DNA of 24,723 bases, from IMG/VR virus record IMGVR_UViG_3300023687_000086, one strand, 5' to 3'. Positions 15,698-23,943 of this stretch are shown here, in pieces; within the stretch, counting starts at the first letter, position 1, and the number at the start of each line of letters is the position of its first letter. This DNA is from an uncultured virus (IMG/VR IMGVR_UViG_3300023687_000086) (taxonomy: Duplodnaviria > Heunggongvirae > Uroviricota > Caudoviricetes). The notes below the pieces were generated by a model that saw only the letters and a program-made list of their open reading frames with translations, was not told where the DNA came from and made no database searches. The translations under genes and the position numbers were made by a program.

Positions 15698-15722
15698 TTC
15701 CCAAATTTTAGATTCATATTTT
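15698..15722 (+). promoter_or_regulatory. Class I promoter-like motif
   Basis: TTCCCAAATTTTAGATTCATATTTT. Confidence 0.65.
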
Positions 15723-15762
15723 ATTACGTAACTCAAAATTAGAAAAATCATGGAGGAATATT

Positions 15763-17436
15763 ATGAATTTGAAAGAGTTTAAAGAACGTGTTACGACTGA
15801 TAAAAACACGTTGAAGGAGAAGTGGGACGGTAACACACCGGTGAAAAAAGCACTGATCATTGCCGGTATTATTATCATTATCCTGCTTAGTATTTTTGGG
15901 GTCGTATTCGTCGGCGCTAGAAATTCGGTCGGAGTTATGACCAGGGAAGTGGCAAATGCCGAAATTTACGGTGCCACAAAAGCGTATCTACAGAACCGTG
16001 TAGAGGCAATCGCAAAAGAGGAGCTTAATAATCAGATCTTTGATGATGGTACGAAGCTTAGCGACAAGGAGATTACATCCTTATCCGCATCTATTTCTAA
16101 CACAGTAAACAACCTGTTGGAGACGATTGACATGGAGTCTGTCAATACGGATGACCTTACCAAGATGGTAAAGGAACGCGTTGCGAAGGAACTTAAGTCT
16201 AACAACACCGTAACTGAAAAGATGACTGAGAAGGAAATCATTAAGTTATCTACCACGATTGCGGAACGTACGACTGATGGCTTGGATCAGCAGATTAATG
16301 CATTGGATTTAGTGTCCAATACGTATCTCTTGCAGGAACTTATCAATAAGAACAAGTCCATTAGTGCAGCAGATAAGGAAGAGCTGCTTAAGCTGATCGA
16401 AGAACTTCGTAACGCTAACAACACGAACGCAACCGATCTGACAGATGCGTACAACAAGCTCATGAAGAAGATTAACGAGTTGGACCTTAATACTACAAAG
16501 ACATTCGTAGAGGTTACTAACAACCTCACTGAGAATGTTAATAAACAGGTTCAGTATCTGGAAAAGAAGATTACAGATTTGAACGATAAGCTGGAAAAGG
16601 AAGTAAAGGAACTTACTGAGCGTATCGAGAAAGATGAGAACCTTTCTAAGGAGCAGAAGGAAGAACTCATTAAGATGATTGAGCAGCTTCGCATGGATTC
16701 TGATCAAAGCGACGAGGAAATTCTTCAGAAGCTGGACGACACGAAGAACAACCTTATGGCTTATATCGAGGCTATTAAGAATACTATCTGGGCACGCCTT
16801 GGAAACGCAACCGAGTCTATGACTGAGAAGGTTATGGAAAGTAATAATATTACTGATGAGCAGAAGACAGAATTGGTTGATCTTATTGCAGCCGTAAAGG
16901 ACGCTTCGGCAGCCACTACATCGAATAATGACGTGGATAAGGAACACCTGAACGAATCCGTCGAAGCGCTGCACGAGTACATTGACAATAATCTTTCTGA
17001 TGAAGCGAAGAAAGAACTTAATAGTGATTACGAGACCGTATCCATGACCGTATCTGATCAGCTCGTATATCTGGAGGACGAAATCGACGCGAAGGAAGCT
17101 GCGATTTACGATTCTTTAAATGAAAACGTACAGGAACTGTATGAAACCATTGACGAAGTCTCCAATGAACTGCAGACAAACATCAATAACAATTATGATG
17201 CATTAAAGGCATACACGGATGAGGCTGCAAGACTGGCGGATGAGAATGCAAAGAACTACGCAAACAACGCCTATAACACATCTGTAGACTATACCAATAC
17301 AGTTGTTGGTGGTAAATTCGTAACACTTCGTTCCCAGATGGATTATAACAACCTGGTCAATACCGGTTCTGGAACCGACATTAACGGAAATCCAATCAAG
17401 TACGATGCTACGACATATTACTTTGTTGCAGAGTAA
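15763..17436 (+). CDS. Membrane-anchored long coiled-coil (fibre/stalk-like) protein
   Basis: Single N-terminal TM helix; about 450 aa of heptad-rich acidic helix; AYTD/NYAN/DYTN motifs and a small C-terminal domain; GGAGG RBS. Confidence 0.75.
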   Translation: MNLKEFKERVTTDKNTLKEKWDGNTPVKKALIIAGIIIIILLSIFGVVFVGARNSVGVMTREVANAEIYGATKAYLQNRVEAIAKEELNNQIFDDGTKLSDKEITSLSASISNTVNNLLETIDMESVNTDDLTKMVKERVAKELKSNNTVTEKMTEKEIIKLSTTIAERTTDGLDQQINALDLVSNTYLLQELINKNKSISAADKEELLKLIEELRNANNTNATDLTDAYNKLMKKINELDLNTTKTFVEVTNNLTENVNKQVQYLEKKITDLNDKLEKEVKELTERIEKDENLSKEQKEELIKMIEQLRMDSDQSDEEILQKLDDTKNNLMAYIEAIKNTIWARLGNATESMTEKVMESNNITDEQKTELVDLIAAVKDASAATTSNNDVDKEHLNESVEALHEYIDNNLSDEAKKELNSDYETVSMTVSDQLVYLEDEIDAKEAAIYDSLNENVQELYETIDEVSNELQTNINNNYDALKAYTDEAARLADENAKNYANNAYNTSVDYTNTVVGGKFVTLRSQMDYNNLVNTGSGTDINGNPIKYDATTYYFVAE

Positions 17437-17440
17437 TTAG

Positions 17441-17465
17441 TTTCCGAAAAGCAAAACCATATTTA
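17441..17465 (+). promoter_or_regulatory. Class I promoter-like motif
   Basis: TTTCCGAAAAGCAAAACCATATTTA. Confidence 0.7.
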
Positions 17466-17505
17466 AGAACGAGGCAGGACATTCCTGTTTCGTTCTTATT
17501 TTTTT
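17464..17505 (+). terminator. Terminator-like hairpin overlapping the predicted start site of the virB4 promoter
   Basis: TAAGAACGAGGCAGGA-CAT-TCCTGTTTCGTTCTTA followed by T7. Confidence 0.7.
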
Positions 17506-17534
17506 AGAAACAAACTGATAAGGAGGAAAATCTT

Positions 17535-20000
17535 TTGAGTAAGAAAACTGAAACTAAAAAGAAGCCCACTAAGAAGAAGCAGACAAAAGTCGAAGCTTCT
17601 GTAATGGGTAAGCTTTCAAAGGCCCAGCAAAAGGCCATGAAGAGTATCCAGGACTCGATTCCATTTGTGCGAGTATATGAAGATGGCGGAGATAAAAACC
17701 CGTGTACCGGTGTTATTGAGGTACAGGACGGTGTATTCACCAAGTCTTATGTCATTAACGACACGAATTACTCGGATGCTGGAGAAGAAAAACAGGAAGT
17801 GATTCTGGAGATCTTTAAGAAAATTTTGACTGGTTTTAATTCCGATTGCGGATATGAAATCACGATTAACAATCGCACGGTGGATCAGAAGGAATTTAAT
17901 AACAAGGTGCTCATGCCTTATGCGAACGATGATTACGATATGTTCCGTATGCAGCACAACGAGTTGGTCATTGATATGATGCAGCAGGGTAAGAACAACC
18001 TCCGTTCTGAGAAATATTTAACCATCACTGTTAACGAGGAAAGCATTGAAGCGGCATTATCAAAGTTCGTAACAATCGAGCGAGACATTAACCGCGAGAT
18101 GAAGAAGATCAATAATATTGGTCTTGAGGTTATTTCGTTGGAAGACCGTTTGGAAATCTTGCATGATATCTATAATGGTAACAAGGTTGGTAATTTCAAG
18201 CAGGTATTCAATCTGGATGCTATTGTTGCGCAGGGCATTTCAGTGAAGGATATTATTGGACCAACTGTTATGGATTTCTCGAAGACAGACTACTTTGTCA
18301 TGGATGAGCGATACGTAAGATCGTTTTTCCTGAAGAATATCCCATCGAGATTGTCTTCCACATTGCTTGAGAATTTATCCAATATTTCTGCGAATAGCTT
18401 AATCTCGGTTCACTATGAGATTCAACCGCAGGATAAAGCTGCTGAATTTGCATCGGCACAGGTTACCAATATCGGTGGTGAAGTTGTAAAAGCTCAAAAG
18501 GCTCTCACCAAGGCCGGCGCGTCTCCGGATCTGATTTCTCCGAAGCTTGCAACGGCTAGAGATGATGCATCCAGATTGTTAGCTCAGCTTACTGAAGGAA
18601 ACGAAAACTTGTTCCATGTAACTATCGCTGCTACTGTATTTGCTGATAATAAGGATGACTTAGATACTGTTACGAATCAGATTATGACAAGAGCTAGAGA
18701 GCAGCTTTGCACACTTGATACGTTAAAGGCGCAGCAGGAGCAAGGCTTTGATACATGCTTGCCATTGGGATTAAACCTGATTCATACACATCGCGTATTA
18801 CCTACGGATTCCGTATCTGCGATCCAACCATTTAGTACGCAGGAGTTGCAGATAAAAAATGGTTTCTATTACGGTCTGAACCAGTTATCAAAGAATATTA
18901 TTGTTTACAACCGAGGTATTTCGAATAACCAGAACGGTGTTATCTTGGGTGCACCTGGTGCCGGAAAATCATTCGCTGCTAAGATGGAGATGTATCAGGC
19001 TTATTTGAATACGCGTAACTCTCAGATCTTCATTATCGATCCGGAGCGAGAGTATGTAGGACTTGGTAACGCACTCAATGCAACCGTATTCCGTATTATG
19101 CCTGGTGGTACTACATTTATTAATCCATTGGATTTGGACATTTCTAGAGATGACGAGGGCGGCGATCCATTCGCTGAAAAGGTCGATTTCATTATTTCGA
19201 TTGTTGAGGCAATGCTTGGTGGCCGGAACACCTTAAACGGTTATTTGAAGAGCATTATCGATAACACGCTTCAGAATCTTTACGCGCCTTATTTGCAGCA
19301 GATTGAAAAGCAAGGCAAGACAATCGATACAGAGATCTGCCCTACTTTAAAGGATTTCTATGATGCCTTAATCGCCCGCAAGGAGCCGGAAGCAAAGAAC
19401 TTGGCCGCTGCTATCCAGATGTATTGCGTTGGTTCGTTGAACCTGTTTGCACATCGCACCAATATCGATACAGATAATCGTATGGTTATCTATGATACCA
19501 AGAATATTGGAACCAACTTAAAGGAACTTGGTATGCAGATTTGCTTGAACGATATCTGGAACCGAATGCTCGCAAACCGTAAGAGAAATGTTCGTACATG
19601 GTTCTATATCGATGAGTTCTATTTGTTGCTTCATCAGAAGTCCTCTGCAGAGTACCTGCAGATGGTATGGAAACGTGCCCGTAAGTGGATGGGTTCTCCA
19701 ACTGGAATCACACAGAACGTATCCGATTTGCTGGCATCCGAAGAAGGTAATACCATCCTTAAAACGTCCGATTTTGCACTATTGTTGAGTCAGTCGTTCC
19801 AGGATCGAATTGCATTGGCCGAAATTTATCAGCTGTCGGAAGAGCAGCAGGGTTATATCAATAATACATCGTCTGCCGGCGAAGGCTTAATTTATACGGC
19901 CCGATCTGTGGTTCCATTTGAGAATCATATTCCGCAAACCAGCGAAATCTACAAGCTGTTATCAACGAAAGCCGAAGATGCAGAAAACTTGAAAAAGTAG
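17535..20000 (+). CDS. virB4: VirB4-family conjugative transfer ATPase
   Basis: YYGLNQLS; Walker A GAPGAGKS; IIDPEREY; FINPLD; Walker B WFYIDEFY; KRARKW; GITQNVSD; TTG start with an AAGGAGG RBS. Confidence 0.95.
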   Translation: MSKKTETKKKPTKKKQTKVEASVMGKLSKAQQKAMKSIQDSIPFVRVYEDGGDKNPCTGVIEVQDGVFTKSYVINDTNYSDAGEEKQEVILEIFKKILTGFNSDCGYEITINNRTVDQKEFNNKVLMPYANDDYDMFRMQHNELVIDMMQQGKNNLRSEKYLTITVNEESIEAALSKFVTIERDINREMKKINNIGLEVISLEDRLEILHDIYNGNKVGNFKQVFNLDAIVAQGISVKDIIGPTVMDFSKTDYFVMDERYVRSFFLKNIPSRLSSTLLENLSNISANSLISVHYEIQPQDKAAEFASAQVTNIGGEVVKAQKALTKAGASPDLISPKLATARDDASRLLAQLTEGNENLFHVTIAATVFADNKDDLDTVTNQIMTRAREQLCTLDTLKAQQEQGFDTCLPLGLNLIHTHRVLPTDSVSAIQPFSTQELQIKNGFYYGLNQLSKNIIVYNRGISNNQNGVILGAPGAGKSFAAKMEMYQAYLNTRNSQIFIIDPEREYVGLGNALNATVFRIMPGGTTFINPLDLDISRDDEGGDPFAEKVDFIISIVEAMLGGRNTLNGYLKSIIDNTLQNLYAPYLQQIEKQGKTIDTEICPTLKDFYDALIARKEPEAKNLAAAIQMYCVGSLNLFAHRTNIDTDNRMVIYDTKNIGTNLKELGMQICLNDIWNRMLANRKRNVRTWFYIDEFYLLLHQKSSAEYLQMVWKRARKWMGSPTGITQNVSDLLASEEGNTILKTSDFALLLSQSFQDRIALAEIYQLSEEQQGYINNTSSAGEGLIYTARSVVPFENHIPQTSEIYKLLSTKAEDAENLKK

Positions 20001-20007
20001 TACAAAG

Positions 20008-20036
20008 AAAAGAGCTTCTTACTGAGGCTCTTTTTT
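20008..20036 (+). terminator. Intrinsic terminator
   Basis: AAAAGAGCTTC-TTACT-GAGGCTCTTTT followed by T. Confidence 0.8.
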
Positions 20037-20038
20037 AT

Positions 20039-20088
20039 TGTGAAAAATGGATTATTTTGTCACAAAACGATTTTTAATGATACGTATT
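20039..20088 (+). promoter_or_regulatory. Class II promoter-like motif with TGTGA-N16-TCACA palindrome
   Basis: TGTGA(20039)...TTTGTCACAAA-ACGATTTTT-AATGATACGTATT. Confidence 0.7.
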
Positions 20089-20194
20089 ATATATGTATAA
20101 AACTATCGGACGCAAATTAGCGTCATAGATGTAGACAATATTGACGAACGAACCGTTCGTATGAAATAATGGTTCATCATGAAAGGAGTAAAAA

Positions 20195-21565
20195 ATGGGT
20201 ATTATAGGATCTTGGATCGGCGCGATAGTAGTATTCTTGCTACTATCTGAATTTGTAAAAAGCGCTGTTCATAAAATATTTGTAAAGAAGCGACTTGTGT
20301 TTGTAATTACGACGATTGCTTTTGTGGTGTTGTATGTTGAGGCTGTTTTGGTGACTCTTTTTGTGGATCCGCGAACCCAGGTTGCACAGTTTGTTACAAA
20401 TGAACAATATGAAGATGCAGTTATGTATGCAAAACAATTTTCGGATCCAATTGCATTCGCATCAGATGAGCTTCCGGCAGAAGAAAAGTTTTGTGGCGGA
20501 CGATTAACAAGGGAATCAAGCTATCATCCGGATTTAATCGTAACGCTTTCGCCTGAAGAAGAGCAAAAGCTTTTTGCGCGATATGATGAGTACAACCGCA
20601 TTGGTATTTATAATCGGTTAAAATGGTATATTCGTCTTATCAACGGTTTTGCTTGGTCTATTCAAGTGCTTGGCATTTGGTTTGTAGCGATTGCTGTTTT
20701 AGGAAATTGGAAGCTGCTCCTTATCACGCTAACGGTTGATATCGTGTGGTATTTAATTGTATTTGGACCACAGATAAAGGCCCAGATTATGACTAAATTG
20801 CATCATAATCAAGAAATCAATGCGGCACAGAAAGAATGGGAATCCAATAATAAGGAGGCATCGTTTTTCGAAAAGCAAAGTGCAATTTCAAATGAAACGA
20901 AAAACAGTTCCGACAAGGTTGCTACAAAAGGCGGTATTGGAAAAATTATTGAAGAGCAAAGAGAAGGCGCATTGAAAGACCGTTATGAGCATTTCAAGGA
21001 TCTGGAAGATATTATCAAACAAGAAGAGCGTTTTGGTTATCTTGATATCAACTGTGAAAACACAAATTCTGCTGCTTATAAGCGCGTTTTTTCTGCAATC
21101 AAAACTCTTGAAAAGGCTGAACAAGAAGGCATCTATAAAAAGAGTTCTGAGATAAGGGGTGCTATTAATATGATTCGATACTTTAAAGATTTGCCGCCAG
21201 CGAACGCCTCGAAGAGACAGGAATCGGATACAGGCGAAACTGTATCACCAAAAACAGGATCCAATCCGATTGTTTATAAATCTTCATCAATTTCAAGCGA
21301 AAGACCCGCTACGGTAAAGCCTACACAATCGAATCAGATGAATAAACAAGCAGTTCCTAAACCGATGACTCAGGAGCCGGTAAGGACTCCAGCGAGCGCC
21401 AAGGAGGCAGATGCGCAAAATCCGGCATTGCAAAACGATGCGTCCACAATCAATCTAAAGAGTCTTAGCGTGTTAGAACTAATTGCTCTTAGGAACGAAA
21501 GTGCCGGTAATAGGGAATTGGTAGCAAGGATTAACGAAGAAATCGGATCTAGGGCAAAAGCATAA
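20195..21565 (+). CDS. Hypothetical membrane protein (about 4 TM helices plus a long soluble C-terminus)
   Basis: GAAAGGAG RBS; hydrophobic segments in the N-terminal half. Confidence 0.8.
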   Translation: MGIIGSWIGAIVVFLLLSEFVKSAVHKIFVKKRLVFVITTIAFVVLYVEAVLVTLFVDPRTQVAQFVTNEQYEDAVMYAKQFSDPIAFASDELPAEEKFCGGRLTRESSYHPDLIVTLSPEEEQKLFARYDEYNRIGIYNRLKWYIRLINGFAWSIQVLGIWFVAIAVLGNWKLLLITLTVDIVWYLIVFGPQIKAQIMTKLHHNQEINAAQKEWESNNKEASFFEKQSAISNETKNSSDKVATKGGIGKIIEEQREGALKDRYEHFKDLEDIIKQEERFGYLDINCENTNSAAYKRVFSAIKTLEKAEQEGIYKKSSEIRGAINMIRYFKDLPPANASKRQESDTGETVSPKTGSNPIVYKSSSISSERPATVKPTQSNQMNKQAVPKPMTQEPVRTPASAKEADAQNPALQNDASTINLKSLSVLELIALRNESAGNRELVARINEEIGSRAKA

Positions 21566-21577
21566 TAATAATGAATG

Positions 21578-21612
21578 AAAAGAAGCATTTCGTTTGAGAT
21601 GCTTCTTTTTTT
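21578..21612 (+). terminator. Intrinsic terminator
   Basis: AAAAGAAGCATTTC-GTTT-GAGATGCTTCTTTT followed by T. Confidence 0.85.
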
Positions 21613-21613
21613 G

Positions 21614-21638
21614 TTCCCAAAATATCGCCTCATATTTT
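21614..21638 (+). promoter_or_regulatory. Class I promoter-like motif
   Basis: TTCCCAAAATATCGCCTCATATTTT. Confidence 0.65.
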
Positions 21639-21663
21639 ACATAAAGAAATAAGGAGGCTAGTA

Positions 21664-21954
21664 ATGTTTAAGCGAGCTTTTAATAAAATAAGACCATGGT
21701 TGGTTCGTATTGTTGTAATTGAGAGTGTTACGCTGGCAGTGCTGTTTGGCTGGGTATACACCACCAGACGGACCATGCTTATGAGTGACGAGAAGGCGGT
21801 TTCCTATATAGAGAGCATGAATAAAGAGGACCGAGTCGCATATATCACCAGGATGCCGAATAAAGAGGGTGATCGATTAATTCGACTCCATATTGCGTAT
21901 AAATTGGCAGAATTGGAGTCACACACTCCATTCCCAGAAAGAACTGGAAACTAA
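21664..21954 (+). CDS. Small hypothetical membrane-anchored protein
   Basis: AAGGAGG RBS; one N-terminal hydrophobic helix. Confidence 0.75.
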   Translation: MFKRAFNKIRPWLVRIVVIESVTLAVLFGWVYTTRRTMLMSDEKAVSYIESMNKEDRVAYITRMPNKEGDRLIRLHIAYKLAELESHTPFPERTGN

Positions 21955-21959
21955 TTATT

Positions 21960-21992
21960 TTTGTCACAAAACATGTCCAAATGATACGTATT
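21960..21992 (+). promoter_or_regulatory. Class II promoter-like motif (lacks the upstream TGTGA half-site)
   Basis: TTTGTCACAAA-ACATGTCCA-AATGATACGTATT. Confidence 0.7.
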
Positions 21993-22014
21993 GTAGTTAG
22001 AAAGGATTAAAAAT

Positions 22015-22614
22015 ATGAAATCTAAAAATGCAAATAATAACGACACAAAGAAAAAGTCCATGTTGAGACGATTCTGCGATTCTACTGCCGGAGTGATTAC
22101 ATTCTGCATCTTGTTGTTCTTATCTATTCATTTTCTAGCGACGCCTGTGATTGTTGTTGGCGATTCGATGAATCCAACGTATGAGAACGGAAATATCACG
22201 TTATCGAATAGAGCGTGTTACAAAATTGATGAGCCAAAGCGGTTTGATGTTGTGGTGTTTAATCTGAATGGATCTGGAAACGGATTGGAACGAATTACGT
22301 CTGGAAACGCTTTTTATCTAATTAAGCGCGTAATTGGATTGCCGGGCGAAACTATTCGTATCGATGAAGCCGGAACGATTTATATTGACGGCAAAGCACT
22401 CGACGAAAACTATGGAGCGGAAACAATCAAAGATCCGGGGCGAGCAATTGATGAGATTGTGCTTGGTGATGACGAATATTTCGTACTAGGTGACAATCGC
22501 AATGATAGTGCTGACTCCAGACTCAAAGAAGTTGGTTCAGTTGAAAAGGAACAAATTGTAGGTAAAGTAGTATTTTCTGTTCCTAATTTAAAGGTATATA
22601 CGAAAGGTAAGTAA
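22015..22614 (+). CDS. lepB: Signal peptidase I (S26 family)
   Basis: TM anchor; GDSMNPT (catalytic Ser); LIKRVIGLPGE (catalytic Lys); GDNRNDSADSR. Confidence 0.95.
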   Translation: MKSKNANNNDTKKKSMLRRFCDSTAGVITFCILLFLSIHFLATPVIVVGDSMNPTYENGNITLSNRACYKIDEPKRFDVVVFNLNGSGNGLERITSGNAFYLIKRVIGLPGETIRIDEAGTIYIDGKALDENYGAETIKDPGRAIDEIVLGDDEYFVLGDNRNDSADSRLKEVGSVEKEQIVGKVVFSVPNLKVYTKGK

Positions 22615-22618
22615 TATT

Positions 22619-23359
22619 ATGAAACATTTAATTGATATCGTTAATTTAGACGTTGTAAGAGACATGAAGTTTAAACCATCTGATCAGCTCTTAATTCTTT
22701 GCAATAACACAGACATGGTTACCATTGACCAGGTTACGATGTTGTCTGATAAGAAGGTTTCAATGGAGTTTGTTCGTTATGAGCAGGAATCAGATAGACC
22801 GGTCCTTTTTGGTTATTTGCTTGGTAAGTATGGTTCCAACATTTGTGTCCATGGAATGGAATTGCCAGGGTTTTTAGAAGAAAAGGCTCCGGTAAAGAGA
22901 ACGCGTCCAGCAGTAAAGGGAGCTAATAATACGGCTGTGGCCAAAACGGCATCGAAGAAGACAACATCGACCGCAAAAACCGCTTCTGAGAGCACAAAAA
23001 AGGCAGCAAAAAAGGAAACACCTGCTGCCGAAAAAGTCGAAACGCAGAAAAAGGAAAGAACAAAGCGTCAGTCAAAGGTTACAGAGGAGACGACAGTGTC
23101 TCCGGCTAAAGATGAAAAGAGCGATGATCCTCGTATAGAGGCTCTCAAAAAGCTGCTTAAAATTACAGCCGAAGACATTCAGTACAGTTTCAACACGAAC
23201 TTCATGATGGGACGTATCATTTCGTACGTAAGTACTGCGACAACAGATGAGGATGTTCGTAATGCATTGGAATTTAATTTCCGAAGCGACACGAATCACT
23301 TAGTCGCTGATGCAGTAATGAAGAATCTGGCAAAGGTACGAAAGATTATTGCACAGTAA
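22619..23359 (+). CDS. Hypothetical protein with a Lys/Ala/Thr-rich central linker
   Basis: Coupled to the lepB stop; AKTASKKTTSTAKTASESTKKAAKKE region. Confidence 0.75.
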   Translation: MKHLIDIVNLDVVRDMKFKPSDQLLILCNNTDMVTIDQVTMLSDKKVSMEFVRYEQESDRPVLFGYLLGKYGSNICVHGMELPGFLEEKAPVKRTRPAVKGANNTAVAKTASKKTTSTAKTASESTKKAAKKETPAAEKVETQKKERTKRQSKVTEETTVSPAKDEKSDDPRIEALKKLLKITAEDIQYSFNTNFMMGRIISYVSTATTDEDVRNALEFNFRSDTNHLVADAVMKNLAKVRKIIAQ

Positions 23360-23364
23360 GTATT

Positions 23365-23393
23365 AGGGCGGATAATTATCCGCTCTTTTTTTT
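23365..23393 (+). terminator. Intrinsic terminator
   Basis: AGGGCGGATA-AT-TATCCGCTCT followed by a T run. Confidence 0.85.
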
Positions 23394-23402
23394 ATTCCTT
23401 TT

Positions 23403-23427
23403 CGCGACACAAAAATTTCCATATTTA
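23403..23427 (+). promoter_or_regulatory. Class I promoter-like motif (degenerate upstream box)
   Basis: CGCGACACAAAAATTTCCATATTTA. Confidence 0.5.
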
Positions 23428-23463
23428 AGAATGTAAGTCGTTATAGTCGAAAGGAGTACGAAC

Positions 23464-23868
23464 ATGAATAGAGACTACAATGTTTTAGTAACCAAGAAAT
23501 TTGGAGTTACTTTGACGATTGAAGACGCCTCAATGACGGACATGAAATTAGAGAACATTTTTGGCGAAATGGTAAATGCTATCTCAAATGATTGGAGTGT
23601 AGAGGACATCGGTCAAATAGTCGTTACCTATCCAGATGAGAACGGAGTGTGTGAATCTGAAATAGATCTAAAGATTTCGTATGAAGCACATTGCACTGAC
23701 ACGGATGCGACTTGGGGATATTATGGCGGTAATCCTCCAGAACATGAGGAAAGCATTTGCATTGAAGCAAGTGATATTCAGTACGATATGAATAAGTACC
23801 TAAAAGAAAGATATCCAAAGATAACAGCATCAATCAGTGAAGCACTTGAGTCAAGAAGTGAATGGTAA
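23464..23868 (+). CDS. Hypothetical acidic protein
   Basis: GAAAGGAG RBS; 134-aa ORF followed by a terminator. Confidence 0.8.
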   Translation: MNRDYNVLVTKKFGVTLTIEDASMTDMKLENIFGEMVNAISNDWSVEDIGQIVVTYPDENGVCESEIDLKISYEAHCTDTDATWGYYGGNPPEHEESICIEASDIQYDMNKYLKERYPKITASISEALESRSEW

Positions 23869-23870
23869 AA

Positions 23871-23938
23871 AAAGTAGGACCCTCGTAACAGGGTCCTATT
23901 TTTGTGCACTAAAATAGAGCCGTATTCGCGGCTCTATT
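23871..23938. terminator. Two adjacent hairpins between convergent genes
   Basis: TAGGACCCT-CGTAAC-AGGGTCCTA with a T run, and AATAGAGCCG-TATTCG-CGGCTCTATT. Confidence 0.8.
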
Positions 23939-23943
23939 GGTTG

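Noticed and set aside
13152..16988. Long antisense ORFs (13152..13697, 16309..16974 and others)
   Set aside because: Shadows of low-complexity or codon-biased + strand genes; no RBS or promoter motif.
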